DNA of 64,000 nucleotides from Podarcis liolepis (Eukaryota): NCBI GenBank assembly GCA_965112155.1, contig OZ218098.1; one strand, 5' to 3'. Shown piece by piece: positions 36,878 to 49,816 of this stretch (position 1 is its first letter; each line of letters starts with the position of its first letter). The notes under the pieces were generated by a model. It saw only the letters and a program-made list of their open reading frames with translations, ran no database searches and was not told where the DNA came from. The position numbers and the translations under genes were made by a program.

Positions 36878-39800
36878 ATGACAGCCTTGACTGGTTTCCA
36901 CCTGGCTCTGACTCTCTTGGTAGTTGTGTCTGTGGAGGAGAGAGGAAGCTTTGGACAGGAGGCAGAAACCAGCTGCTGTGAACGTGAGTGCAAAATGGGA
37001 TGAGGTGGGAGGTGATCTTTGTTTCTGGACAAGTATAAAAGGCAGTGGGACAGCCGGTGCCTTTTATTCATCCAGTCTATTAAATATTTTAATCTGGACT
37101 GCAGATTGTTTTTGTTACCATGATGTAAGGACATTTTTTTGCTTGTTTAATTACTATTTTATATTGCATTTTTAATTTTTTTATTGTAAGCTGTCCAGGA
37201 AATGTTAATTGTACACCTATAGAAATTCAAATAGTTGTGCAGAAGGGTTATAATGAGTAAAGCTGGGCCTAAGTTTGTTCTTCTGTGCAATTATTAAGGG
37301 CAAAGGAGCCAATTTTTTGCATCTCATCAGACCACTGTGTGGCACATGTCAAGGCCAGCACTGTTTCCTCAGTTAATTGTTTGGGTATGTGAAAGTATAA
37401 CTCAGGGGCTTACATTTTAGTCACAGGGATGTGATAATGTTTAATCTGGAAGCAGTGGAGGGGATGGGAGAGTGAGGCTCTTGAGGAGGACTTTGAAGGC
37501 TGGAGAGAGAAGTGATTTGGTAAATTGAGTTGTGATCTTTGAAACAAAGGGCGTTCCTCAAAAAGAAGCAGCATCTAGTCACTCTATGTGTCTCTGTCTT
37601 CTGGCTGCAACTAGCATTTTCTTCAACTTCCTGTCACTGTTCCCTTTAAATGTTCAGATTTGTCAAGATATTCCCAATCAGGCCACAGCTACCATATTTT
37701 TTGCTCTATAAGACGCACCAGACCACAAGATGCACCTAGTTTTTGGAGGAGGAAAACATGAAAAAAAATATTCTGAATCTCAGAAGCCAGAACAGCAAAA
37801 GGGATGGCTGCGCAGTGAAAGCAGCGATCCCTCTTTCTGTTCTGGCTTCTGGGATAGATGCGCAGTCTGCATTTGCTCCATAAGACGCACACACATTTCC
37901 CCTTACTTTTTAGGAGGGAAAAGGTGAGTCTTATAGAGCAAAAAATACAGTAATTTCATGAATGAGGCCAGAGTGGAAGGGGCAGGGGCCTAATTGGTCT
38001 TGAATTCCATAAAAACCTAGCTTCAGGTCTTTCAGAAAACTCTTCAAGATAAGATAGCCCAGGTTTCTTTTTCTTTCCTTTAAACTGTAGTTAAATGGTT
38101 GATTTCATACATGATAGCTTTAAGATATTTACCCTAGATATTTTAAGTATACCTTTGAAAAGGTAAACAAGTGGGGCTGTGCTTGAATTTGCAAAGACAT
38201 CCACATATCCATCAGAAAGCCAGGGATTATCAATGTCCTTTCTGAAATACTCAACAGGGATTCTTAAATTGGCCCACATTTAAATTAAGATATATGGAGA
38301 TATATATATAAAGGAGAAAAGGTTTCCATGGTTGCTTTAACAACCCTAACCACTTCCAACAGCTCAGGAAAGTAATTTTCCTTTCTCAAAAATCCTCACA
38401 ACAGCTGTTCTGTATGGTTGGTAAAGATGAGAAGATGGCGCCTCAGGATATGAACCTGCCTTCCCCTCATGTAAATGCAGTCCTATCTGCTGCATCACAT
38501 AAGATGCTTGGCACTCCAGTTCTTTCTTTGTTTAATATGCCCATGCCAGGGAACATGTCTTGTCTCACACAGGTTTATACACTGTCTCACGTTTCCTCTT
38601 TCAGAGCTGAAGGGCCTATCACATTGTGGACCAGGCGGGATCTTTTTCCAGGGCCAGCCAGGGATACCAGGAATACCAGGTGTGCCCGGAACAAGCGGAT
38701 CACTTGGGCCTAAGGGTGACCCAGGCCCTCAGGGTCCTCCAGGTAAGAAGATCCCAATCTCTCCTTCAGAGTTTGTGCCAGACAGATCTGGAGATCATTT
38801 GCTCTAATTCGGCCTCATCACTGTGGAGAAGAGGCTCGCTGCTATGCTCTGCAATTGCAAACACCATGTCTAGGAGAGGGGCTGGAAAGATTGTTTCTAG
38901 AGATGTTTTGATTGTTTCCAAAGGCTTCATCTCTCACCTGTTCCTTCTCAGGTGAGAAAGGTGTTGCTGGGATGCCTGGGAAAGCTGGACCCAAGGGAGA
39001 CAAAGGAGACAAAGGTAATATTGCATCTATAACTCCACTGTGAGGGGAGGGGCGTGGCAATGCAAGAGCTTGGGTTATTTGCAGGTGAAAGCTGATCCAG
39101 GTGAACACTGCATTGTGCATTGTGCCTGAGCAGAAACAGACCCCAGTGCTAACAAGGTGACCCCCTTTGCCTCTACTACTCCACTGGAGGAAAAGGAAAA
39201 TAAACTTAAATAAAAGCATGGAATCTGGAACTGCCCTCACTCTCACCTTTCTTATTAGCTTGTTCACCTCACCAGACGTTGTTTTTCTTTTCCTGCAGGA
39301 GAAGACTGCAGTTTGGACACTCCTGCTGGTTGTCAGCCGCAAGGTATGTCTTATCATCATCTTAATCATCCTCTTGCTAGTACAGCTGTGTTTCTTTGGT
39401 TCAACTCACGGTCCTTTCCAATCTAATGCAAGATGGCAGTGAACACAGATCATGAGAGAAATATAGGGAAGGGTGAACTTACCCCATGAGAAATTATAAT
39501 TCTTTGGTTAATAAAAAATAATAACCCCATGGTAGAAGTTCAAATTAAACTTCTCCGTATTCCCAGAATCTTCTTGATTTCTGTGCAAAACCAAACATGA
39601 TAAAGACAGTAGAGGACCATGTTGCTCTCATCACACATACTTCCAGAACGGAAAATAGGTGAACTGTTTTGCATTTTCCTCCCTGATATTTCTCCTAGAG
39701 GCTGGAGCCAAAGACTGCAAAGAACTTCTGGAACGTGGAGAGACCCTGAGTGGCTGGTACACCATCTATCCTGCCACAGGGAAAGCAATGGTGGTCTTCT

Positions 39801-42800
39801 GTGACATGGAGACGGACGGAGGAGGCTGGCTGGTGAGCTTTATCCCATGGAGAAGGAAGAGCCATCTGTTTATGGCTTATTAAAAGGGTGTCAGACAATA
39901 TGATGCACACTTTTCAAGAAGTGGAATCCCCTGCCAGGAAGGCACTTGGGCAACTCCTTCCTCCAGAGACATCTCCTTCACTGAGCAAAAGAGACTTGGC
40001 CCAGGGTGCTAAGCAAAGCAAAGGCAGCCCCACATGCTTTCTGCTCATGCATGCTCATAAAGAGTAGACTAGAGAGAGGAAGCAGCAGGAGGAGCTGCCT
40101 TCCCTTGTTTGCTGGCTTCTGCAAAGCTCAGAGGAGGTGTTGTCCAAGGGCGTTCTGTAGGGGAACAGCTTATGTAGGGGAATGGAGAAGGGTTTGCTAT
40201 TGGCTTGTCCACACTTCCACAATCCTTTGCTTAAAAAACATGGGTCCGAAAGGTTTTCCGCTTGTCCTGTGCTTTCTGAAAGGACATGTGGTGTAAGCTG
40301 AATGCAAAACTATTAATCTGAATCAACAGAGGAGGGAACATGTATAAGTCTATCCCTTGCCATGTTTTTTGTTTACGTTATACAGTGGTACCTCGGGTTA
40401 CAAACGCTTCAGGTTACAGACTCCGCTAACCCAGAAATAATACCTCGGGTTAAAAGTTTGCTTCAGGATGAGAACAGAAATTGTGCTCCAGCAGTGAGGC
40501 AGCAGTGAGAGGCCCCACTAGCTAAAGTGGTTAAGAACAGTTTCAGGTTAAGAACGGACCTCCGGAACGAATTAAGTACTTAACCCGAGGTACCACTGTT
40601 GTGCTTTGTAGAGGAGGTATGGTGTGGAAACCCTGCTGATGCCCTTGCGAAAATTTGTTTTCATTTTTTTATAAGGTTATTGTCCTCATTTCCTAATTTA
40701 TCACCCTGTTGAGATATGTTAGACTGAGGAAGGGTCAGTAGGGATACCTCTTTATATTGTGGGGCTTGTTCCAAAACCAATCAGTCTGCCTAAAAGAGCC
40801 CACCCAGCCAGGTGCACCAACTCTATGGGGCTGAGGTGTCTTCGGCCCCCTTAATATTTGCTAGGATGGGGGTGGGCCCCTCCATGTTAAAGGAGGCAGA
40901 GTGCAGAGCCTAGCATGGCACGGCTTAAGTGTCGGCCTCCTGCTGAGCACATGTGAGGAGGAGTGGCTGGCCATTGTAGCTGGCTGCCCCATGCTCGGCT
41001 TCCTCCCGGCGATATGTGACGTTGCACACATTGCGTGTCACTTGTGTGACTTCATGTGCACACAGCAAATGGTGGGCCCCCTCCATCTTAGCCTCTGCAC
41101 CTAGCACTTGTAGGGAATAGGAAACAGGCTTGTCTTTCAGCTGGGACACTGACATATCACCTCCCTTTGCCCCCAGGTCTTCCAGAGGCGACAGGATGGG
41201 TCGGAGGATTTCTACCGTAACTGGGAGTCCTACAAGAAAGGGTTTGGGAGCCATGCATCAGAGTTCTGGTTGGGCAATGATAAAATCCATCTTCTTACAA
41301 GCTCTGGTAAACCAACGTTTCCTCTTCTGTCTGATGCTGGAGCATCACTGGAAAGCTTGGGGATTTTTAATGAATAATGGAGAAAGGTGTGGAATCAGTT
41401 ATTGAAAGCTCCTCCAGAGTCGGACCTGTGAAGTTTTTACGTTGGGATAAATAGCTGCAGGGTCATGTCTGGAGCATATCATTGGAAGAGTGCTCTTGGT
41501 GTGTACGCTGTGGAATCCCACAGGGCACTATTTTATTCCCAATGCTATTCAACATCTATATTAAGCTAATCACTGGGAGTTTTGGAGCAAGGTGTCATAC
41601 ACTGATGATACCCAGCTTCATTACATCCAAGTCAGGACAGACAGTGCAATCCCTGGACATGTGACTGGATACAATGCTTGACTGGATGAGGGTCAGTAAA
41701 TTGAGCTTGAATCCTGCAAAGGCTGAGGTCTTGCAGGTGAGTGGTTCCTGTGTCCAGGTGGTAGGTCAACTGCCTGTTCTGAAGGAGCAGATTTTCAGCT
41801 GGAGGGGTACTCCTCCATCCATCTTTGATCTAGATGGTGAAGTGATTCATGTGGCCTTCTACCAGCTGTGACCATTCCTAGACTGGGATAGCCTGACTAT
41901 GGTAGCCCATGCATTGGTAACCTCAAGACTTGACTACTGCATTATGTTTTATGTGGGGCTCCCCTTGTATCTAGTGTAGAATGCAGTGGCCAGACTTTTC
42001 ACAAGAGCAGGTTACTGGCAGCATGTTACTCCTTTCCTAAGAGAAACACATTGGTTGCCAGTTTCCTACAGGGCAGGTTGAAGTTTCTTGTCTTGATTCA
42101 CAAAGCCCTACTTGTTACTTTTTTTCTGAACCCCGTCAACAGTTTGCTTCCGTGAAAGGGTGTTGGGAATTGTTTCATTGCAGTAGTGCATGATCACTTC
42201 TATGCCTGAAGCTGGCTCCCCATGCTTGTGAAATTTCCATTCTTGGGACAGCCACATCTGTTGAGTAGCTAAGTAATTGTACTGCTTTGCTTAAGTGTCC
42301 TTACAAAACCAGAACTATGGCTCTGCCTTCCACCCCGCCAGCTGCCACAGCCTAGAGCAAAAGCTGCTGGTCTTCACTGTAGCTGTAAACATGTTAAAGG
42401 CTTTCTCTTGTCAACAATGACACAACCCCTCTCACACACTAAGTAGAATAATAGAAGCATAACCACCCGACCCCATCCCACTCACCACTCCTCTTCCCCC
42501 CCCCTTCTTCTTCTTCTTCTTCTTCCTAATTGTTTAAACCAATTCATAAACCAAGAACTTATACATTGACCACTAATAATGAAACCTATGTCATAGATAT
42601 TTTTCCACATTTATTATGCTGTTCTTGTGATATACAAATGACATGAGAAAACTTGGTATACTTATTTGTATAACATTATTCTTGTTCATAAAACACAATT
42701 TAAAAAACACAAAAAACAAACCAATGCTTACTCTCAGATCTCTTCCATTCTCTTGGGGGTTAGGAGTACAACAATTGCGAATTGACGTGAAGGACTTCAA

Positions 42801-43385
42801 TGAAACTAGAACTTATGCTACATATACCAGCTTCAAAGTCTTGAGTGAGAGGGACAACTACACTCTGGAAGTGGGCTCCTATTCAGATGGCAACATGGGT
42901 GAGTTACACAAAGAATTCCCTTTGAGGCATCTGCTTCAAAGTAACCTAAAAACACAAATACTGCATTTTTGAAGGTCCAGGAATTGAATTTAGGAGGACC
43001 TTCCGCCTGCAGAGCGTCTCCTCTGGCACTTATATATGTGACCTAGCAGTGCATCTGCCTTTTTCCACTGCCTTAGCACACACAGTTAATGTGAAAGAGG
43101 TGAATTCGATGTTTCCCCTGCTCTTCTCTTTCAGGAGATTCTTTCTCAGGACACCGGGGCATGGCCTTCTCCACCCGAGACAAGGACAACGACACCAACG
43201 AAAAAGGCAGCTGCGCTGTGGCTTACAAGGGGGGCTGGTGGTACAGTGTCTGCCACTCTTCCAACCTGAATGGCCTGTACCTCAAAGGCGAACATTCTTC
43301 TTATGCTAACGGCATCAACTGGTCTGCTGGGCGGGGGCATCATTATTCTTACAAATATGCAGACATGAAATTTAGACCTCAATAG
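36878..43385 (+). CDS. Ficolin (collagen + fibrinogen-like lectin), ryncolin/veficolin-like, 8 exons, 333 aa
   Basis: Exons 36878-36983 (signal peptide [19 protein letters not shown]), 38605-38742, 38952-39014, 39299-39343, 39699-39832, 41177-41306, 42764-42898, 43135-43385; sum 1002 nt. 18 uninterrupted Gly-X-Y triplets including PGKAGP. FBG motifs [65 protein letters not shown] at 44032. Confidence 0.93.
37692..37950. mobile_element. Tc2/pogo-like MITE, family 2
   Basis: TA|CCATATTTTTTGCTCTATAAGA ... TCTTATAGAGCAAAAAATACAG|TA, in ficolin intron 1. Confidence 0.85.
40383..40598. mobile_element. Tigger-like MITE, family 1
   Basis: TA|CAGTGGTACCTCGGGTTA ... TAACCCGAGGTACCACTG; opposite orientation to the 16896 copy. 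Confidence 0.85.
41480..42110 (+). mobile_element. Degraded L2/CR1-group LINE reverse-transcriptase fragment
   Basis: [18 protein letters not shown] and [17 protein letters not shown] peptides, plus an [11 protein letters not shown]-like sequence, with frameshifts. Confidence 0.75.
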
Positions 43386-45739
43386 GTGAAGTGTCCACCT
43401 GTTCAGGAACTTGCTTCTGCATTCCATGCCTGGCAGGGCAATCTCTGAATGCGGAATCATCTGCTTTTAAAATACAACACACACAGAGGCCCTCCTTGGA
43501 GCACAGGGCACTGAACAGGAAGAGGCCAGTCTGATGAAGCACCTGGTTGTCACTTGCAGAAGGCCGCCTTTCATTCCCCTTGTATGAATGGTAGAAAGGA
43601 TCCCACAGTGAACATTTCGAATGGACAAATTGTGGCTGGCTGCTTGCTTTGAAAAACCCACAACGTCCCCACATAAAGCAACAGCCTTATGTTGAACTGC
43701 AGCGCTGGTGGGTGCTGAACACCACACAAGAAGTTTACATGCTGGTTCAAATGCTTTTTAAAAATGATGTGAAATGTTCTCATTATTTTTATAAATTCCT
43801 AGTCTGTGGCATGAGGATGAACAGAGTTCCCATGTTTTGTTTCGTTATTGTCGCTTGGGTGCTTTATCAATGCACATTGGTAAAGCAACACATCACAAAA
43901 TGATGCATTTTCATATGTACAGTCATATCAATAATGGTTTTATACAGAGTTTTGTCGGTGCACATTGATAAATGGAGTGGGGTTGGGGAGATACGAAGGA
44001 ACCAAAAGTTGTAGCAAACAGCACATTTGCAAATAAAAACTAGAACAATGCAGAGTTCCTAATTGATCAGTTCATACTGCCTTGTGCCTTTTACTTACAA
44101 TTTGCAGCCAGGTTTCTTTCCCCCCTGTAGCCCTACAATCACTCTGACATTGCACTGGAGATTATAATCACGAGGGCCTTTCTAGAATATTCATTTATAC
44201 ATTTTTAAAAGCACATTTGTGTTGCTAAATACCTACCAACCTCCCGTCTTCTCTTGAGGCTTAATTTTTATTGTAGTATTTCTCAGGATTCCAGTTAGAA
44301 TATTTTGCTACTGGGAAAATACATACACAACATATTTCATTCTTTTACGGGCCACACGCATCAGATGGACATCAAGGTAGAAAATGACATAAAGGAGCTA
44401 TTGCATTCAGATAACTGTTCCTTGTGCTTCTTTTTCTGGGGGGACGCATACCCCTAAACATTTTGTGAATCTAAGTTTGGCCTCATTGAGGGGCAGTATT
44501 TCAATATGAGTAGGAAAATGAGAGTACCCCTAAACATTTTTTAAGAAGAAAAGCACTGGCTGTTCCTATAAACAAACAGCTATGCTGACAGGAGATACTG
44601 CAGAATCCATTCATTTGCGATTGCCATTGCCTTATCATGCTAGCAGGGCTGATGGGAGTTTTAGTCCAAAACAGTGGGTGAGAGACTTGCAATATATTTT
44701 ATGCTCTTCTTGGCAGTTGTCACCCATACATGGAGAGAGGGAAAGAGAGAGAGGTGCAGAGAGTTAAACAGTATCCCCTATTTGAGCCTCTTTGGACTTT
44801 GGCTTCGCACACTTTCTTTATGTTTATACAACTCCTGCTCCTGGACACGCTGGTTCAAAGAGACAGAGAACAACTGGGAAAGCATTGTGATATGAAACAG
44901 GGAGAAGCACTGCAGCAAAGCAAAAGGGTGCATATTTACCTTTAGATTATACCTCAAGCAGTTTCCAAATTCAAAACATGGAGGGTAAGGCATTTACTAC
45001 AGTAAGACCCTCACTTTGTGCAATGGGGGAGGGGGGCTGGCAGCATACCAGGATCACGTTATTGTAAAACGTGCATCACCCAAACAATGACCTGCTTCTG
45101 GGGGTGAAAGCGAGCTGGTCTTGTGGGGATGTGCAGGCTGAGCTGTCTGAGGCCAAAGGCCGGATCACTTTAAGTACACTGTTAGGACCTGACACGTCTT
45201 TTAACAAAGGAAAAGTTTGAATCAGGACCGCAGTGCAAGAAGCTTTTCCAGCCAAAAATCGGCTCTGCTCCAAGCCTGTTTGCCACATTACTCCCATAAT
45301 TGGTGGTACATTTTCTTTAAACTTCCTTCTATAATTCGGTCAAGCAAGTCACACTTTTAAAGATAAATCTATTTTAATTTTTGCACTGGGTTCTTCAGAA
45401 ACTGTTTAGAGAGATTCAGTTAGAAGCCCTGATATTTCCTGCTATTGAGGCACCTTTGTGCAGTTGCTTGCTATCCCAGGGAAGCAGCTGAGCAACTCAG
45501 CAGCCAATCGGAGCCAAGAAAGCGGTGCTAAATTAGTCTGGCAGGAACGGAGCCACTTGTTTTCCTCTCCGACCTCTTGGAAACCTTCAGCTGCCTTTGG
45601 ACGAGCGAGCGTGCACTTGTTGTGACACCGACAGCTGCAACTTCCCAGCTCAAGAGCCCGAGCCCGTAGACACTCCCTACCAAAGGGCAGAAAGCGCCAT
45701 TTCAGCAACAGCTTTGGGGAGCTCAAAAGCGAAAGGAAA

Positions 45740-48700
45740 ATGCTGCGTTTCCATAAGACGTTCAGATTCCTGAATGCAACAATGAGGAATGAGATTGTTC
45801 CTCGAGCAAATGTCACGGGGAAGCCACCTAAGGAGATCATAACGCCAATGGTAAGTATCCCTTTTTTGGTGTCTCTGGACCACCAGGAAATTAGGGTAGG
45901 GCAGCAGATACATTGTATTGTCGTGTGCTTAGATGTCACGTTCAGATTTCAGAAGGTGAGAATGGTTAAGGTGTCCCCTGAATTGGCAACTACACACTTT
46001 ATCCAGCCACAAACCTGAAGCCTTGATTTTGGTTTCTGAAAGGCAGCCTAGGGAATTCCCTTTTTTCCTCCTCTCTTGTCTTTTCTTCCAGTGAATAAAT
46101 TCCCCACGATTTGCACTGTGATATCAGGCACGAAAATGGCACAGGATTTAAGGCTCCTGAGCTGAATGCCACACATTCACACTTGCCTGCTTCTTCGTTA
46201 AAAGTGGCAGCGGGTTCTAACCAAGTGTTTAAGTAACGCTTTGAACAGACTGCGCCATTTGGCCCTCAAGCGGCTGGCCTAATAGTTTCTCGACTGCCTT
46301 GAGTGCTGCTGGGGCTCTAAAGCAGCTCCTCCCCACCCTTCTGAAACATAGGCCATTACACCTTCCCCGCTATATACTGTCTCAAATTCTGTTCCCTAAA
46401 GTTGCAGCACAACAGTACGAGTTTATTGGTGCAGTCGGGTTGCATCTATTCCTTGCAACATGGTTGTGGCACATTTGCTTCATATAACGTGCAGGAACAG
46501 CTCAAAATGGCTCTTGGTCCCACAGGCCACATTTGAATGTCACTGTCAACTCTTTTAACTATAGTATGGACGTGTATCAAAGTAGGGCTTTCCCACAAGC
46601 CAACCTTCATTTCAAGTCTTCCTAAGTGATGGCTCTCCTACTGCAGGTCTGGTGGGTCCACGTTCCATGCAGCCAGGGCTGACTCCAGAGTTTGCAGCCT
46701 AAGTCGAAGGACAAATCAGATGTCTAGAAGCTATCAGGATGGCAGTTATTATCTTTCTCCAACACTGGCACTGGGATATCGTGGTAGGCTAGATTAGGAG
46801 CCATGTGGCACACACAGCTCTTGTCCTCTTAACCCCTTGGCATCGCACCCCCTTGATCCCCAGCACCTGCCCACTGGGAGGGGCAGCACTACCTGCAGTA
46901 GGCAGAACAACATCATAATACTCATATTTCTTGCAGCAAAGTACAGATTACATACATATAGCTTTAAACTGTCTCTACATACACCTGAAAACTTTTGAGA
47001 CGTGAGTACACGTGCGCCGAAAGGTGTGTGTACCGTACTTTATATTACTCTCCACATGTTGTTTGCTTTGTGGATTTGAAGGTATTTCCAATCACTTTTG
47101 GGGGAAAGAAGCTAAGCTTTTGTTTAACACATTTAATCAATGCAAAAAACCCTAATAGCAAAAAACAAAACAAAACAAAAAACCAGTGCTCTTAGACACA
47201 TGTAGAACTCCCTCCCCCCCCCCAGCAAATTAATAATAATGGGCAAAGTGTTATTTATAGAGACCATCTCCTCCCACCCTCAACTCTTGCACATCCAGCC
47301 TCATTTTAAAAAATCATACAATTCATTTCCTCATCCTTCCCAGCTTAAAGAGCGTTAAGAACTTTGGCAATATGCCTGCACAGAGCCATTGTTCTCCAGA
47401 TCTGATACACGTACCAGGAAATAGAAATTTCACAGCTCTATACCTTTTATGGCACAATAAAGTGAGAAGCAGCTTTTAGAGGCCTTTAACCTATAAGAAA
47501 ATCAAATATTTATTTGAATATACATAGGCAGTATCTCCAGCCTTTATTGATCAGTGTAGAATTTTTGCAACCACAAATAAATTCTACCAGTTTTTATGGC
47601 CTCAAGTCATGTCCCCCTTTCTTCATGTTGCTTTAATTATTCAGAGTTTTTCATTTTTGTGGCATGCACATTGACTTTCTTGCTGAAAAACTAAGTTTTT
47701 GGCACCAAATTAACAGCCCCGGTCATGTCAGTAACAATTTATGATTAAAAGAGTGGTTTCTGAAGGAAGGGCAATTTTTTCTTCATTCTTTCATCAGATG
47801 AATATCAACTGAATTAAATTGCGAGTAAACACAGTTATTGAAAATCATGTCCACCCTCTATAGAAACCAAATATGCTTTACATATTTTTTAGTACACACA
47901 AGAGTTAGTATGCACAGCCAGTCCCACAGGCACAGCAGAATATAACTAGTTCAGATGATTTCTAATTGGGATCAGGCAGGCCTGTGCTACTGCTCTCAGG
48001 ACAAAGTCACTTGAAAGTCAGGCTACTGCCAGTATGCCATTGCAAAAAGATTATCTCCTTGCTCAGAAGTAATCTAAAGGCGGCACCATTCAGCAATACT
48101 CCTCTGGGCTGACTACAGCCTTTGCTTATAGCTAGCAATAGTGAGGGCCCAATTAACACTTTATATTGAATGAGGAAAATTATGTACATTGCATCATAGG
48201 AAAAATTAAACGACAAATTAACAGGCACAGCAAGACATTTGGCAAGAGTAGGTTGTACAGTACAGGGTTCAATCTCAACCAAACCATGAGGTGGGTGGGT
48301 GTGTACACATACATACATACATAAACATAAACCCACTCCCTTTGGGAGAAGAAAAGGCTAAGGAGTAAACCCTACATCAATCCAGAGCGGAATCCTTAAG
48401 ACGGTTGGATGGTGCCTTGATGCCTCCTTCTAGCAACTCCTGCAGCCAAGCTGGTGCCAAACGTATAGCTCTGCTTTCCTTTGGACCACATCAGTAAGGC
48501 CAAGAGGGAGGTCTTGTGGTCTGCGCAACCCAGGACCTCCATACACACTGCCCAGGCTTGTGCCTTGGGGAGGTCACTTCGGTGTTGCTAACACAGCAAA
48601 AGCAACACAGGAGGCAGCAGTTATGAGTTACTGGTCTCCACAGCTACAGCAGGCGCTGTGATTCTCCAGTGGTGTGACTTCATACACACCCACCCTAAAC

Positions 48701-49816
48701 ACACCCATACTGCAGGTGTTCCTCAAAACTGAGGCAAACTTTACAAGACTGTCTTAAGATGAAGAATTCTTGTTCTCAACCCCATCCATCTCTATTACCC
48801 ATTAGCCCGTCCCTCCTCCCCGCCTCTTATTAAAGTGGGAACAGCATCAAAGCTGTGTGAGTGGAGAGCAGAGGATTTTGTTTTCCTGCCCCATTGTGCT
48901 TGTGAACAGACTAGAGAGAACTATGAGATGTAGTTCTTCAAAAGCTCCTGGTTCTGAATGAAAAGGAGGAGTGCATCTGGGAGCTATCAAAGGGAGGCCA
49001 ACACTGGAAATCTAAATATAAGCAATCATATGAATTGTGTTACTTTTTATTAGATGTTATCTTTTGTGGTTGCATTTTTTGCAGTTCCATTTTAAATTGT
49101 AACCTGCCCTGGGACCTTGGGGTGAGGGATGGGTAATAACTAAAATAAAAACCCAAGCCCTCTGATTGACTTAGTTTTCCCAAGTTTTCCTTTTTTGGTA
49201 TGAAACCTAGAAAAAAGCCCAGTCCAAAGAGTTCCTCATCTCTAGAGCACACATGTATGCAGTATTTATACCCTGCTAAGACTCCCAAGACATTTTCAAA
49301 ACTACACAATTAGGTGTATAGCAATCTCTTTTAGGCCCTGGCGGTTATTAATGCAATTCAGTTTTCAGGCTCTTTCACAGAAGGGGCTATAGGAGCTGAA
49401 GTGGGCTCAGCATGCCTGACTGTTAAAAAAGATACTAGCCAACAGAAGGAGGCCTTTCAATTATCTGCAGATTATTTTGGGCCCTGGCAGTCAGACTAGT
49501 CAGGAAACTGAGGAGTCTTTCAGAACCACAACGAACATCCATCCTATAAGGACTTCACTGCACTGTACTCATCACACAGCACATACATTAACTTTAGCCC
49601 ACTTGCTTTCTTCCCTGCATGAACTATAAATGGTGATTAGCCGAGGAGAACCCAGAATGTTCTACAATATTCATAATTCCTGCAGACGACATTCACCTCT
49701 GTTTCTTTGTACAGGAACAAGCTATTGGACTGACTGTGATGTTTGTAACCTTCTTGGTCCCATCCGGTTGGATATTGAGCCATATGGAGGATTACAAGAA
49801 CGCGCACCGTGAATGA
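45740..49816 (+). CDS. COX8B: Cytochrome c oxidase subunit 8, heart/muscle-type (COX8B/COX8H-like), 2 exons, 70 aa
   Basis: Exon 1 45740-45850 [37 protein letters not shown]|gtaagt (presequence plus mature N-terminus). Exon 2 49715-49816 [33 protein letters not shown] carries the COX8 TM motif (EQAxG...FxxPxGWxLxHLExYK). Phase 0/0. Position next to PSMD13 matches mammalian Cox8b. Confidence 0.88.
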
